Source of the DNA: Acidobacteriota bacterium
Lineage (GTDB): Bacteria; Actinomycetota; Acidimicrobiia; Acidimicrobiales; CADCSY01
Length of the DNA: 54,307 bases
Reading direction: 5' to 3'
Assembly: GCA_019510095.1 (NCBI GenBank)
Contig: JAEKLB010000023.1
Location: 1 to 54,307, forward strand
Positions 44,436-53,445 of this stretch are shown piece by piece; the first letter of the stretch is position 1; every line of letters starts with the position of its first letter. The notes under the pieces were generated by a model. The model was not told where the DNA came from, searched no databases, and worked only from the letters and a program-made list of their open reading frames with translations. A program made the translations under genes and the position numbers.

Positions 44436-45080
44436 ATGACCCAGCTGCTTCGCTGCCACAACTTCATGCTCTCCCAGGACGGGTTCGGCTCGGGTGAGGG
44501 CCAGAGCCTCGAGCGTCCCTTCGGCCACGCCGACCCCGCTGTCCTCGCGAGCTGGGCCGTCGCCACCGCCAGCTGGCCCAACCGCGCCCAGCCCGGCGGT
44601 TCCCGCGGCCTCGACGACTACATGGTCCGGGACTTCCACCGGAACATCGGCGCCGAGATCATGGGTCGCAACAAGTTCGGTCCCCAGCGCGGCCCGTGGG
44701 AGAACCACGAGTGGCAGGGGTGGTGGGGCGACGTCCCACCGTTCCACACGCCGGTGTTCGTGCTCACGCACCACGCGCGGCCGTCGTTCTCGCTCGCCGA
44801 CACGACCTTCCACTTCATCGACGCCTCGCCGGCCGACGCGCTCGCCCAGGCGAAGGCCGCTGCCGATGGCAAGGACGTGCGCCTGGGGGGTGGCGTCCAG
44901 ACCGTTCGCGAGTTCCTCGCCGCTGATCTGGTCGACACGCTGCACGTCGCCGTGGTGCCCATCGACCTCGGCCGCGGCGAACGCCTCTGGGAGTCGCCCG
45001 ACGAGCTCCTCGACCGGTACCACTGCGACCGCGTCCCCAGCCCCAGCGGGGTCACCCACCTCCTCTGCTGGCGCCGCTGA
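44436..45080 (+). CDS. Dihydrofolate reductase/RibD-C family protein
   Basis: S.DGF, IMGRNKF, PVFVLTH, LGGG, GRGERL. Confidence 0.88.
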   Translation: MTQLLRCHNFMLSQDGFGSGEGQSLERPFGHADPAVLASWAVATASWPNRAQPGGSRGLDDYMVRDFHRNIGAEIMGRNKFGPQRGPWENHEWQGWWGDVPPFHTPVFVLTHHARPSFSLADTTFHFIDASPADALAQAKAAADGKDVRLGGGVQTVREFLAADLVDTLHVAVVPIDLGRGERLWESPDELLDRYHCDRVPSPSGVTHLLCWRR

Positions 45081-45110
45081 AGGTCCGACCCGGCCCCTCC
45101 CGCTCGGCGC

Positions 45111-46016
45111 CTACGCGCGAAGGCGGGGCATGACCTCGGTGGCGAACCGTTCGAGGCTGGCCAGGTCGAATGGGGCCCGCAGGGCGATGTTGATCCACTG
45201 CGCGCCGGCGGCGACGTACTGGCGCACCCGATCCTCGACCTGGTCGGGCGAGCCCACCAGGGTGCCGCCCAGCAGCCCCGGCGATGCTGCGCCGAATCGC
45301 CGGCGCAGCGCCTCCTCGGGGTCGTCGTCGCCCATGACGAGGTACAGGTTCACACCGGTGGCGAAACGCTCCGGGTCGGGGCACTCGCTCATCACCAGCT
45401 CGAGCTTGCGGGCGTAGTCCTCGGGGGAGGCGAACGGCGTGTTCCACGCGTCGCCGATGCGGCCAGCCTGGCGGAGCGCCCGCGGGCCGGTCGCGCCGAC
45501 CCAGATGCGCGGCGACGGTTGCTGGACGGGCTTGGTGTTGCAGCGGGCCCCGCGCAGCGTCCAGAACTCGCCGTCGTAGTCGACGACGTCCTGTGTCCAC
45601 AGCAGCCGCACGATCTCGACCGACTCGGCCAGCCGCCGGAGGCGCACCGCCGGCGACTCGAATGGCATGCCGTAGGCCTCGTACTCGGCCTGGTGCCAGC
45701 CGGCGCCGAGGCCCATCTCGAATCGGCCACCGGCGAGGTGGTCGATGGTCGCCCCCGCGTTGGCGAGCACCGCGGGATGGCGGTAGCCGGCGCTGTAGAC
45801 GAGACAGCCGATCCGCACGCGAGTGGTGAGGGCGGCCATCGCCGCTTGGCATGCGACAGCCTCGAAGCAATCGGCGTCGTTGCCGACGTGGGCCGGATAG
45901 AAGTGGTCCCACACGCTCAGCCACTCGAAGCCCCACTCCTCCGTGCGCGTCCACACGGCGCGGAGCTCGTCGATGGTGCACTCCTGGGGCCCGGCGTGCA
46001 CGCCGAAGTGCACCAT
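45111..46016 (-). CDS. LLM-class F420-dependent oxidoreductase
   Basis: WDHF, YRHPAVLA, GLGAGW, IWVG. Confidence 0.88.
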   Translation of the reverse strand: MVHFGVHAGPQECTIDELRAVWTRTEEWGFEWLSVWDHFYPAHVGNDADCFEAVACQAAMAALTTRVRIGCLVYSAGYRHPAVLANAGATIDHLAGGRFEMGLGAGWHQAEYEAYGMPFESPAVRLRRLAESVEIVRLLWTQDVVDYDGEFWTLRGARCNTKPVQQPSPRIWVGATGPRALRQAGRIGDAWNTPFASPEDYARKLELVMSECPDPERFATGVNLYLVMGDDDPEEALRRRFGAASPGLLGGTLVGSPDQVEDRVRQYVAAGAQWINIALRAPFDLASLERFATEVMPRLRA

Positions 46017-48310
46017 CAGGTGGTGCTCGCGATCGGGGTCTCTGCGAGTGCGCCGGAGGCCAGCAGCCCGTCGATGCGCGCATCGTCCATGCCGATCTCG
46101 CGCAGGATCTCCCGGGTGTGCTCACCGATGGCCGGTGCGTGGCCTTCGTAGCCGACCTCGCAGCCTCGCCAGCTGGCGTAGCCGGACACGACCGTCGAGG
46201 TGCCGATGTCGGGCTGCTCGACCGTGTGGAAGAACCCGTTCTCGGCCAGCCACGGATCGGTGATGGCGAGCTGGCGGCGCAGGACGCTCGCCACGGTGAC
46301 GCCGATTGCCGCCAGTCGTTCGAGCACCTCGGCCGTCGTCTGCGCCGCGAAGCCTGCTTCGAGGTCAGCGGCACTCACTGCCCCGACCGCGTCGACGATT
46401 GGCGAGAGGGCGTCACCGTCGGCCGCCACCGCGACCCATCCATCGGCGCAGTGGTAGAGCCGACGCGTCGTGCTGGGGCCGGCCCAGTTGCGCCCGCCGA
46501 CGTCGGCGGGGCGGCGCCCGGCGAACCGCACGAGCTCGCCCGCCTGCAGCACCACCGACGAGCTGGCGAGCGAGAGCTTGACCTCCTGGCCCTCGCCGGT
46601 GCGGAGGCGTTGGTACAGGGCGGCGAGGATGCCGGCGGCGGCAAGGGTGCCGGTGCCGATGTCGTGAACGAGCATGGACGAGAAGACCGGATCGTCGTCG
46701 CCGCCCTGGGCGGCCATCAGCCCGCTGCGGGCCTGGATCAGCGGGTCGAACGCCTGGGTGTCGGCGAGCGGGCCGTGCTCGCCCCAGCCCGTCATCGAGC
46801 AACGCACCAGGCGGGGGTTGATCGCCCGCAGCGACTCGAACTCGATGCCGAGTCGAGCGCGGACGCCCGGGCGAGCGCTGTCGACGACGACGTCGGCCTG
46901 CCGGACCAGCTCGATGAAGGCGGCGTGGCCGTCGGGCTTCTTGAGGTCGAGGCCGAGGCCCCGCTTCGACTGGTTGAAGGCCGTCCACGACACCATGAAG
47001 CCGCGGTAGGGGTCGCCCGACGGTGTCTCGACCTTGATCACGTCGGCCCCGAGGTTGGCGAGGATCGAGGGCCCGAACGCGCCAGCGATGAACGAGCTGA
47101 GATCGAGCACGCGCAATCCCGCGAGCGGCCGGGCGCTCGTCGCCGATGCCGGCGCTGACGGACCCGGCTGGGCCCGCTCCTCGGTCCAGCACTCTCCCGC
47201 GGCGGCGCGGGGGCGGTCATCGGGTAGCGCCCGGATGCCGACGGTCGCGTCGGAGAACCAGAACGGGACCGCGGGGAGGTCGACCGCCCCCACGACGGGA
47301 TGAGACCGGTGCGCCCGCAGCCCGTTGGCGCTGATCGTCTCGCTGTCGAACCACGCCTCACGGGTGTCGACCGGCGCGCACGGCACGTCGACCGAGCGCA
47401 GCAGCTTGAGCCACTCGTCGCGATCGCGCTCGGCGAAGCGTTGCTCGAGCCGGGCGGTGACCGGTCGGGCCAGGGCAGGCACCATGAGGTTGGAGAACTC
47501 GCCGTCGATGCCCGGGGTCACCATCAGCTCGAGCAGCTCCATGGCGTCGAGGGCGGCGAGGAAGAACGGTTGGGTGAGCGAGCCGAGGTAGATCCACTGG
47601 CCGTCGGCGCAGCGGTAGTGCCGGTAGTGCGGCAGCGCGCTGGTGGCCGACTTGGGCCGCTCGACCATGCGCGGCGCGTCCGCTAGCACCGCCGCCAGCA
47701 TCGCCGCCACCGAATGCAGGCCCGAGACCACCACCGACTGGCCACCGTGGCCCTCGGCTCGCCGCAGCAGGCCGGCAATTGCCAGCGCGGCGCCGAGGGC
47801 GCCCTGCTCGTAGGCCAGCACCGGCACGACCGGGACGACCGGCACGTCCTCGGTCGCGTTGTACAAGTCGGACAAGCCCGTGACCACGGCCAAGACCATG
47901 GCGTCGGCGGGGAGCGAGCTCCACCGACCGCGCTCGCCGTACGGCGGCAACCAGACATGGATCACCGACGGGTTGTCCGCGAGCGAGCGGTCGGCGTCGA
48001 GTTGGTGCCGCTCGACGTCGGGCATGGGTTGGTCGACGACGACGACGTCGGTGGCGCCCAGGAGTCGCCGCGCCTCGGCGGCTCCGTCGCGTGCCTCGAC
48101 GTCGATGGTGACGAGGGTCTTGTTGCGATGCCAGCAGAGACGACCGGGATCGTCGTGCAGGTCGGGGCCGGCAGGCGGCTCGCCCCGCACGACATCGGCG
48201 CCGAGGTCGCCGAGCAGCATGGCCGCCATGGCGCCGGCGATGCCGGTCGAGAGGTCGAGCACCCGTACGCCGGCGAGGGGCCCGCCTTCGTCCAGGTCCT
48301 GGGCGATCAC
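46016..48310 (-). CDS. Tandem CaiB/BaiF (family III) CoA-transferase
   Basis: Two PLAG.RVLDLS...LGADV domains. Confidence 0.9.
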   Translation of the reverse strand: MIAQDLDEGGPLAGVRVLDLSTGIAGAMAAMLLGDLGADVVRGEPPAGPDLHDDPGRLCWHRNKTLVTIDVEARDGAAEARRLLGATDVVVVDQPMPDVERHQLDADRSLADNPSVIHVWLPPYGERGRWSSLPADAMVLAVVTGLSDLYNATEDVPVVPVVPVLAYEQGALGAALAIAGLLRRAEGHGGQSVVVSGLHSVAAMLAAVLADAPRMVERPKSATSALPHYRHYRCADGQWIYLGSLTQPFFLAALDAMELLELMVTPGIDGEFSNLMVPALARPVTARLEQRFAERDRDEWLKLLRSVDVPCAPVDTREAWFDSETISANGLRAHRSHPVVGAVDLPAVPFWFSDATVGIRALPDDRPRAAAGECWTEERAQPGPSAPASATSARPLAGLRVLDLSSFIAGAFGPSILANLGADVIKVETPSGDPYRGFMVSWTAFNQSKRGLGLDLKKPDGHAAFIELVRQADVVVDSARPGVRARLGIEFESLRAINPRLVRCSMTGWGEHGPLADTQAFDPLIQARSGLMAAQGGDDDPVFSSMLVHDIGTGTLAAAGILAALYQRLRTGEGQEVKLSLASSSVVLQAGELVRFAGRRPADVGGRNWAGPSTTRRLYHCADGWVAVAADGDALSPIVDAVGAVSAADLEAGFAAQTTAEVLERLAAIGVTVASVLRRQLAITDPWLAENGFFHTVEQPDIGTSTVVSGYASWRGCEVGYEGHAPAIGEHTREILREIGMDDARIDGLLASGALAETPIASTT

Positions 48311-48345
48311 GCGCGCAGGTTAGGGGCGCCTGTCACCATGGCGCA

Positions 48346-48525
48346 GTGCTCGACTTCGACTGCCCCCGGTGCCACCGACCCGTCAGCGAGGAGCTCTACG
48401 GTCCGTGTGCGCCCTGCCGCGACGAGCTCCGGTCGACGATGCAGCGAGCCGCTCGGTCGATGGCCGCGGCCGACTACGAGCCCAAGATGAACGTCGTCCC
48501 CAACCAGGTGGCGACCAAGGAGTAG
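48346..48525 (+). CDS. 59-aa CxxC-x11-CxxC zinc-finger-like protein (not in ORF track)
   Basis: MLDFDCPRCHRPVSEELYGPCAPCRDELRSTMQRAARSMAAADYEPKMNVVPNQVATKE; GC3-rich codons. Confidence 0.75.
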   Translation: MLDFDCPRCHRPVSEELYGPCAPCRDELRSTMQRAARSMAAADYEPKMNVVPNQVATKE

Positions 48526-48546
48526 CCGCCGGAGACTGCTGGCGAG

Positions 48547-48990
48547 TCAGCCGTTGAATCGGTAGCCGACGCCCCGCACGTTCTCGATGAACTCGCGGCC
48601 GCTCTCCTGCGCCAGCTTCTGGCGGATCCGCCGCACGTGCTCGGTGACCGTCGAGGCGACCTGCCACTCCACCGATGAGCTCCACACCTGAGCGAGCAGC
48701 TCGCCGCGGGAGAAAACTTGGCGGGGGTGGGCGGCGAGGAACGCCAACAGGTCGAACTCCCGCTTGGTCAGCGGCACTGGGCGCCCGTTGAGGGAGACCT
48801 CTCGGGCTTGGCAGTGGATCGAGAGCCCGCCGCGCTCGGCGGGAGCAGGACCGACCCCGAGCGCCTCGGTGATGGCGCCAAGGACCGTGCTGGGATCGAG
48901 CTCGACCGCCAGATCGAGGACGCGCGCCTCGTCGTCCCCGCTGAGGTGCAGGTGCACCGTGGTGATGGCCATCGGTCCGCACATCGGCAC
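48547..48990 (-). CDS. OmpR-type winged-helix regulator without a receiver domain
   Basis: LTKREFDLL..FSRGELL..VW..VTEHVRRIRQKL..VRGVGY; start uncertain. Confidence 0.82.
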   Translation of the reverse strand: MPMCGPMAITTVHLHLSGDDEARVLDLAVELDPSTVLGAITEALGVGPAPAERGGLSIHCQAREVSLNGRPVPLTKREFDLLAFLAAHPRQVFSRGELLAQVWSSSVEWQVASTVTEHVRRIRQKLAQESGREFIENVRGVGYRFNG

Positions 48991-49026
48991 ATTTCGCTGC
49001 CGACCTGACAGAAATTTTCGCAGGCG

Positions 49027-49398
49027 CTAACCGGCGACCACCACGATCAGGGCAATCAGGGCGAGACCAGCATTTCTGGCCAGCTCCCGGCCGGCTGGCA
49101 CCGGGCGGGCGGCACCGAAGCAGCCGCAGCCGACGTCGACGCCGCGTCGCCGCGCCAGCGCCAGGTGCACGCTGAAGCCGGCGAGCACGGCCAGGGCAGC
49201 GGTGGCTCCCCAGGCCGGGGCGACCAGCAGCAGTCCGGCCAGCACGATCTCGCCGGCCGGCACCGCGACGGCCAGCCTGGCCGGCGCGGGAAGCGCGGCC
49301 CCGGCGAACGCCCGGGTCGTTCCCGGTCGGTCGCGCAGCTTGGCGAAGGCGGCCCAGGCAAAGACGGCGGCGAGCAGGGCGGCGAGGAGCCGGCTCAC
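49027..49398 (-). CDS. MauE/DoxX family membrane protein
   Basis: AKLRD, CGCFG, RN; GTG overlaps the larC stop. Confidence 0.82.
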   Translation of the reverse strand: MSRLLAALLAAVFAWAAFAKLRDRPGTTRAFAGAALPAPARLAVAVPAGEIVLAGLLLVAPAWGATAALAVLAGFSVHLALARRRGVDVGCGCFGAARPVPAGRELARNAGLALIALIVVVAG

Positions 49399-50579
49399 GC
49401 GGGGGACGGATCGGGCCGGCGCCGCCAGGCCTCCTCGGCCAGCGAGACGACCTCGCGGACGGGCAGCCCGGTTGCGTCGGCCGCGGCGGCGGCGTCGTCG
49501 TGCTCGACCTTGACCCGGCCGGCCGTGACCTTGACCCGGACGTTGTGGCCGTGCACCTCGACGGCGTCGAGCGTTCGGGCCGCGGGCCACCGGTCGATGG
49601 TCGAGCCCCGCACGCCGAGCGTGCCGGTCTCCTTGCGCAGGACGTCGGACACGGTGCCGGCCAACGCTGGGTCGGCGAGGGCGCTGACGGTGTGGGCGGG
49701 CCGGCCTTTCTTCATCACGATCGGCGTGATCCACGCGTCGTGGGCGCCGGCTGCGAGCAGCGCGCTGATGGCATGGGCCAGCGTCTCCCCGGTGGCGTCG
49801 TCGACGTTGGCCTCGAGCAGCACGACCGGCTGGCCCTGCGACCGCCCGGTCGTTGCCGCTGTGCCCACCACGACTTGGGTCATGTTCGGGGTGTCGGCGA
49901 ACTCGCGGCTGCCGGCGCCGAAGCCGCTGGCGGAGATGGTCATCGCCGGCAGTGGTCCCCACGACGTGGCCAACGCGGCGAGGATGCCGGCGCCGGTGGG
50001 GGTCGTGAGCTCGACGCCGATGTCGATGCCGTAAGTGGGTGCGCCCTCGAGCAGGCTCACGACGGCCGGCGCCGGGTTCGGTAGGAGGCCGTGGGCGGTG
50101 CGCACCATGCCCATGCCCGTCGCCACCGGGCTCGACGCGATCTCGTCGATGCCGAGCACCTCGAGGGCGGCGGCGACACCGACGACGTCGACGATCGCAT
50201 CGATCCCGCCGACCTCGTGGAAGTGCACCTGAGCCAGCTCCCGGCGGTGCAGCTCGCTCTCGACCCGGGCGATGGCGCCGAAGACGGCGAGGGCTCGCTC
50301 CCGCACACGGTCGGGAAGGCTGGCGTTCTCGATGATCGAGCAGATGTTGGCGTAGGTCCGCACCACCGTGGTGTCCTCCGCCGTCACCAGTGCCCGGGTG
50401 CCGGCCACCCCACCGCGCAGCACCGGCTCGGCGGTCAGCGACCAGCCCTCGACGCCGAGTCCCTGGAGCATGCCCAGCACCGCGTCGAGGTCGGCACCGG
50501 CATCGAGGAGCGACCCCAGTGCCATGTCACCGGCGATCCCGGAGAAGCAGTGGAACCACGCAACGGTCCGGTCAGCCAT
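49395..50579 (-). CDS. larC: Nickel pincer cofactor biosynthesis protein LarC
   Basis: SGIAGDM, VHFHEVG..D, ELTTPTGA, MKKGRP. Confidence 0.94.
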   Translation of the reverse strand: MADRTVAWFHCFSGIAGDMALGSLLDAGADLDAVLGMLQGLGVEGWSLTAEPVLRGGVAGTRALVTAEDTTVVRTYANICSIIENASLPDRVRERALAVFGAIARVESELHRRELAQVHFHEVGGIDAIVDVVGVAAALEVLGIDEIASSPVATGMGMVRTAHGLLPNPAPAVVSLLEGAPTYGIDIGVELTTPTGAGILAALATSWGPLPAMTISASGFGAGSREFADTPNMTQVVVGTAATTGRSQGQPVVLLEANVDDATGETLAHAISALLAAGAHDAWITPIVMKKGRPAHTVSALADPALAGTVSDVLRKETGTLGVRGSTIDRWPAARTLDAVEVHGHNVRVKVTAGRVKVEHDDAAAAADATGLPVREVVSLAEEAWRRRPDPSPA

Positions 50580-51315
50580 GACGCTGCCGCACGCCGAGGA
50601 TCCGGGCCACTGCTGACGCCGCGCCGAAGCCGTTGTCGATGCCGACGACGGTGATGCCAGCCGCGCAGGAGGCGAGCATGCCGAGCAGCGCGGTGATGCC
50701 GTCGAGCCCGGCGCCGTAGCCCGCCGAGGTGGGCACGGCCACCACGACCGGCGCGGCGGCGATGCCGCCGACGACGCTGGCGAGCGCGCCTTCCATGCCG
50801 GCGACCACCACGACGGCGTCGGCTGCCGCGATGCGGTCGACCTCGGCGAGGAGGCGATGGATGCCGGCGACGCCGACGTCGCTCAGGCGGTCGGGGCCGA
50901 GGCCGAGGGCGGTGAGCGTCGCCGCGCACTCGTCGGCCACCGGGAGATCAGCGGTGCCAGCGGTGACCACCACGATCCGGAGCCCAGCGTCGGGTGCGTG
51001 GCGCCAGGTGACGGTGGTGCCCGTGACGGTGCCGGGCGGCACGGCGGCGATCTGCTCAGGGCTGGCCCGGGTCAGGATCACCGGCCCGCCCGCTCCCTCG
51101 AGCAGCTCGGTGACGATGGCCGCGGCCTGCTCCGGTGTCTTGCCCGGGCCGTAGACGGCCTCCTCCATCCCCTGGCGCAGCGCCCGGTGATGGTCGACCC
51201 GGGCGAAGCCGAGATCGACCCACGGGAGGCGGCGCAGCGCAGCCACCGCCTCGTCGGCGCTGACCGCACCGGACCGCACGTCGTCGAGCAAAGCCCGGAG
51301 GGCAGCCTCATCCAC
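50572..51315 (-). CDS. larB: Nickel pincer cofactor biosynthesis protein LarB
   Basis: VDHHR, AGTADLPVA, DVGVAGIHRL, AGMEGAL, IDNGFGA. Confidence 0.94.
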   Translation of the reverse strand: MDEAALRALLDDVRSGAVSADEAVAALRRLPWVDLGFARVDHHRALRQGMEEAVYGPGKTPEQAAAIVTELLEGAGGPVILTRASPEQIAAVPPGTVTGTTVTWRHAPDAGLRIVVVTAGTADLPVADECAATLTALGLGPDRLSDVGVAGIHRLLAEVDRIAAADAVVVVAGMEGALASVVGGIAAAPVVVAVPTSAGYGAGLDGITALLGMLASCAAGITVVGIDNGFGAASAVARILGVRQRHG

Positions 51316-51334
51316 AGCCGTATTGTGCTGCGCC

Positions 51335-52258
51335 ATGCCCCGCATCGGCTTCCTCGGGCCCCTCGGCACCTTCACCGAGCAGGCGCTGCTGAGCCAGCCC
51401 GACCTGGGGGCGATGGAGCTGGTGCCCATCCAGCCCATCCTCGACGTGCTGGCGGCGACCGAGGGCGGCACCGTCGACGTGGGCTTCGTGCCCATCGAGA
51501 ACGCCATCGAGGGCACCGTCAACGAGACGATCGACTCCCTGGCCTTCGAGCACGACCTGCTGATCCAGCGGGAGGTGGTGATCGGCATCCATCTCAACCT
51601 GATGGCGCCGGCCGGCACCGCGCTCGACGACATCCGCGAGGTCGTCTCCATGCCCGTGGCCTCGGCCCAGGTGCGGGGCTGGCTGGCCAAGCAGTTGCCC
51701 GGGGTCAAGGTGGTCGCCGCCAACTCGACCGCCGAGGCCGCCTCCCAGGTGGGGCGCGACCGGGTCCCGGGTGTGGCTGCCATCGCACCGGCGGTCGCCG
51801 CCGAGCTCTACGGCCTCGAGATCGTGGCCAAGGAGATCGAGGACCATCCCGAGAACAAGACCCGGTTCGTCGTCGTCACCCGCGAGGGCGTGCCCGCGCC
51901 CACGGGGCACGACAAGACCTCGATCGTGTGCTTCCAGTCGGCCGACCGGCCCGGCTCGCTGCTCGGCATCCTCCAGGAGTTCGCCGCGCGGGCCATCAAC
52001 CTCACCAAGCTCGAGTCGCGGCCGACCAAGCAGAGCCTGGGCGACTACTGCTTCATCATCGACTTCGAGGGCCACATCGCCGACGACGTGGTGGCCGACT
52101 GCCTCCGGGAGCTCAAGGCCAAGAACGGCGACGTGAAGTTCCTGGGCTCCTACCCGGCGGCCGGCGAGCACGGCGAGGCGGTCCGGCGGGACGCCCAGGC
52201 CTCATGGCGGGCGGCCGATGCCTGGGTCCAGGGCCTGCGGGGCGGCATCGACCGGTAG
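51335..52258 (+). CDS. pheA: Prephenate dehydratase
   Basis: [21 protein letters not shown] domain ESRPTK. Confidence 0.95.
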   Translation: MPRIGFLGPLGTFTEQALLSQPDLGAMELVPIQPILDVLAATEGGTVDVGFVPIENAIEGTVNETIDSLAFEHDLLIQREVVIGIHLNLMAPAGTALDDIREVVSMPVASAQVRGWLAKQLPGVKVVAANSTAEAASQVGRDRVPGVAAIAPAVAAELYGLEIVAKEIEDHPENKTRFVVVTREGVPAPTGHDKTSIVCFQSADRPGSLLGILQEFAARAINLTKLESRPTKQSLGDYCFIIDFEGHIADDVVADCLRELKAKNGDVKFLGSYPAAGEHGEAVRRDAQASWRAADAWVQGLRGGIDR

Positions 52259-52268
52259 CGTCCGGCCC

Positions 52269-52353
52269 GGAGCGGTGGCAGAGCGGACGAATGCGCCGGT
52301 CTTGAAAACCGGAGACCCGCAAGGGTCCGGGGGTTCGAATCCCCCCCGCTCCG
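52269..52353 (+). tRNA. tRNA-Ser(TGA), CCA not encoded
   Basis: Acceptor GGAGCGG/CCGCTCC, anticodon loop CT-TGA-AA, long variable arm. Confidence 0.96.
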
Positions 52354-52422
52354 CGGAGAGGTGCACGTCACGCAGCAGTGATGACGGGTGCGGTCGTGGG
52401 AGGTCCTGGGTACGTGCCTGCC

Positions 52423-52581
52423 ATGGCTGATGAGCGGTTGGAGAAGGTCAAGGACGACATCGCGCGCGCCCGGAAGAAGGCTCAGGACGACGGTTTGCTC
52501 GACGATCCTGACGAGCCCACCTTCGCCGAGTCGGGCACGATCCATCCCGAGCTCGACGATCCGACGATCGCTCCGGGCTAG
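52423..52581 (+). CDS. 52-aa acidic hydrophilic protein
   Basis: [13 protein letters not shown]...; GGGTAC hexamer 9 nt upstream. Confidence 0.6.
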   Translation: MADERLEKVKDDIARARKKAQDDGLLDDPDEPTFAESGTIHPELDDPTIAPG

Positions 52582-52603
52582 CTCGGCCGGCGCCGCCCCC
52601 CAG

Positions 52604-52933
52604 TCAGGCGGGCGGCCTCGATCGCTGGTGGTTGCGGGCGTGGAAGGGGCGGTCGACGTCGAGGACGGGCTGCTCGCACTCGTCGCAGGTCCACAGGCGC
52701 CGGACCGCGTCGCGCTTCAGGAACACGATTCCACCGACGGCCTCACCGAAGACGTGACGACTCTCGGCCTGCACGACCACGAGGCGGTTGACGTCGGCGG
52801 CGTCGATCTCGTCGGCGGCGACGGTGCGCCGGGCGACGAGCGCGCCGGAATCGATGAGGTCGTAGACCGCAGACGTCGAGATGCCCAACCGACGGGCAAC
52901 CTCCGGGATGCTGAGCCATTTCGACTCGGCCAT
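52604..52933 (-). CDS. Excisionase-family HTH protein with a C-terminal CxxC
   Basis: WLSIPEVARRLGISTSAVYDLIDSGAL; CDEC. Confidence 0.65.
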   Translation of the reverse strand: MAESKWLSIPEVARRLGISTSAVYDLIDSGALVARRTVAADEIDAADVNRLVVVQAESRHVFGEAVGGIVFLKRDAVRRLWTCDECEQPVLDVDRPFHARNHQRSRPPA

Positions 52934-52945
52934 CCCGGACCCGCC

Positions 52946-53089
52946 TCAGCCGGTCTGACCTGTGTCGCCGCCGTGGGATCGAGCGAGCTGGGTGTCGAGC
53001 TGCTGGAGGAGCTCGCGCGACTGGATCAACAGTCGGTCGGTGTGATCCAGCAGTTGGCCGGTGCTCTGTTCTCGGTCGTGGCTGTCCAC
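52946..53089 (-). CDS. 47-aa coiled-coil-like small protein
   Basis: GTG start preceded by a GTTT-N16-GGGTAC promoter-like element. Confidence 0.5.
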   Translation of the reverse strand: MDSHDREQSTGQLLDHTDRLLIQSRELLQQLDTQLARSHGGDTGQTG

Positions 53090-53182
53090 GGCCAGGTGAG
53101 TACCCCGCCGCGATTGGCGCGAAACGCGGGGATCGCTGCCGCTGACCGCAGGTCCTTCGCGGATCGGGTGTATATCCCTTCG

Positions 53183-53377
53183 ATGGCGGCATGGGCGGTT
53201 CTGGCACTGGCGCTCGTCTGGGGGGCTGTGGTGCTCGCCCGGCGAGTCGTCGAGCGCCGTCGCCACCCGACGGGCATGACGATGGACGAGTGGCAGCGGG
53301 CGCTCGATGCGATGGCGCCAGCGACCGATCCGCCGGACGGGTCGGACCAGCCCGGGAACGACGGGCCGGCCACCTAG
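53183..53377 (+). CDS. 64-aa single-TM small protein
   Basis: MAAWAVLALALVWGAVVLARR...MDEWQRALDAMAP. Confidence 0.55.
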   Translation: MAAWAVLALALVWGAVVLARRVVERRRHPTGMTMDEWQRALDAMAPATDPPDGSDQPGNDGPAT

Positions 53378-53445
53378 ACCGGCGCGAACCGAACTGATTA
53401 GACTGGGCGAACGACCTGATTGCTTGATGATCCCGGGGGTGCACT

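Noticed and set aside
43556-45080. ArsR-SRPBCC-DHFR-like operon after tRNA-Leu as an island or novel system
   Set aside because: Common actinobacterial module; no duplicated tRNA-Leu 3' end seen in the window
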